Virus record (IMG/VR): IMGVR_UViG_3300021400_000262
Span: 32,001-96,000 of that record
Strand: one strand, 5' to 3'
Length of the DNA stretch: 64,000 bases
DNA from: a virus
Taxonomy: Duplodnaviria; Caudoviricetes
Position 1 is the stretch's first letter. Each line of letters begins with the position of its first letter. The notes beneath the pieces were generated by a model. That model was not told where the DNA came from, made no database searches, and saw only the letters and a program-made list of their open reading frames with translations. The position numbers and the translations under genes were made by a program. Of the stretch, positions 63,384 to 64,000 are shown piece after piece.

Positions 63384-64000
63384 ATGATTTCAACAGCTGA
63401 AGAATATTTTGCCAATCTGTTTAAGATAAAAGGTTCTTATAATATTCCCAGCCTAGCAGTTTTACTTCCAAGATCTGAAAATATTTATAATATAGATCTT
63501 AATTCTCGTACAGTTGAAGCGCCAGAATTTTTAAGCGTTCTTGATGACCATGCTTCTGAAACTATTTACTTTACAGTAGATAGATTTTTTGATAACATGG
63601 ATATGTCAACTACAGCTTGTGTGATTTAGTATGTAAATGCATTGGGTGAGGGACGAATTTATGTCGTCCCTTACTATGATATTGAAACTTATCATGCTAC
63701 AGATCAAATGTTGATTCCTTGGTGCATAGAAGGGGAAGCTACTAAAGCTGCTGGCGATGTTACTTATTCAATAAGATTCTTTTAGGTTGACACAACTGGT
63801 AAATATATTACTTATATTTTAAATACCATTCCGGCTACAAGCAAGGTTTTAAATGGTATTAATGTTATGGATTTCGTATTGGTTGAAGATATGACTGAAG
63901 AAAAATATAATTCTGAAGTTGTTTATTATGTTCCAACATACGATTCAAAAGGTAATATTAATGGTTATATTCCTGCTACTGGAGAATACAATCCAACAGG
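63384..64000 (+). CDS. second BppU-like protein, truncated by window end, TAG-recoded
   Basis: IYFTVDRFFDNMDM..CVI(TAG)Y..IPWCI..GDVTYSIRF aligns with the preceding gene. Confidence 0.7.

Noticed and set aside
3656-64000. Widespread pseudogenes or sequencing errors
   Set aside because: The interruptions I read are all in-frame TAG, with no frameshifts, and several fall on motif Gln positions
29889-64000. Diversity-generating retroelement or invertase shufflon acting on tail genes
   Set aside because: No reverse transcriptase, no TR/VR-like near-duplicate, no recombinase and no inverted cassettes were seen
1-64000. tRNA (including a TAG suppressor), rRNA or CRISPR array
   Set aside because: No cloverleaf, rRNA-like tract or regular repeat-spacer pattern was recognised by eye; tRNAscan would be needed to be certain

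Overview
This is the virion-morphogenesis arm of a large, AT-rich tailed phage. Strong AAGGAG ribosome sites and sigmaA-type promoters suggest a Firmicutes host. A very long tape measure and no recognisable sheath gene suggest siphovirus morphology. The phage reads TAG as Gln (code 15), so the standard ORF track fragments most genes. Re-read in that code, 3.6-64 kb is a tightly packed + strand run: terminase, portal, protease/scaffold, capsid, neck, tail tube, a ~2870-aa tape measure and several giant tail-tip/fibre proteins. The first 2.5 kb is a more GC-rich, minus-strand array of small genes behind seven consensus promoters (early/host-takeover-like). The main discovery is at 35.1-37.6 kb. 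An ORF-less group I intron sits in the 3' end of a ~1770-aa tail protein gene. Its internal guide sequence pairs with one 5' splice site and two same-phase 3' splice sites, predicting three C-termini: a short unspliced one and two different Cys-rich ones. A radical SAM/SPASM enzyme gene follows immediately and could cross-link them. Also notable are a -1 frameshift extension of the major capsid protein that needs TAG read-through, and a ~2570-aa tail-region protein with a CotH-like kinase domain. All product calls come from motifs and synteny read by eye. For the longest recoded genes I checked frame consistency but not every codon.
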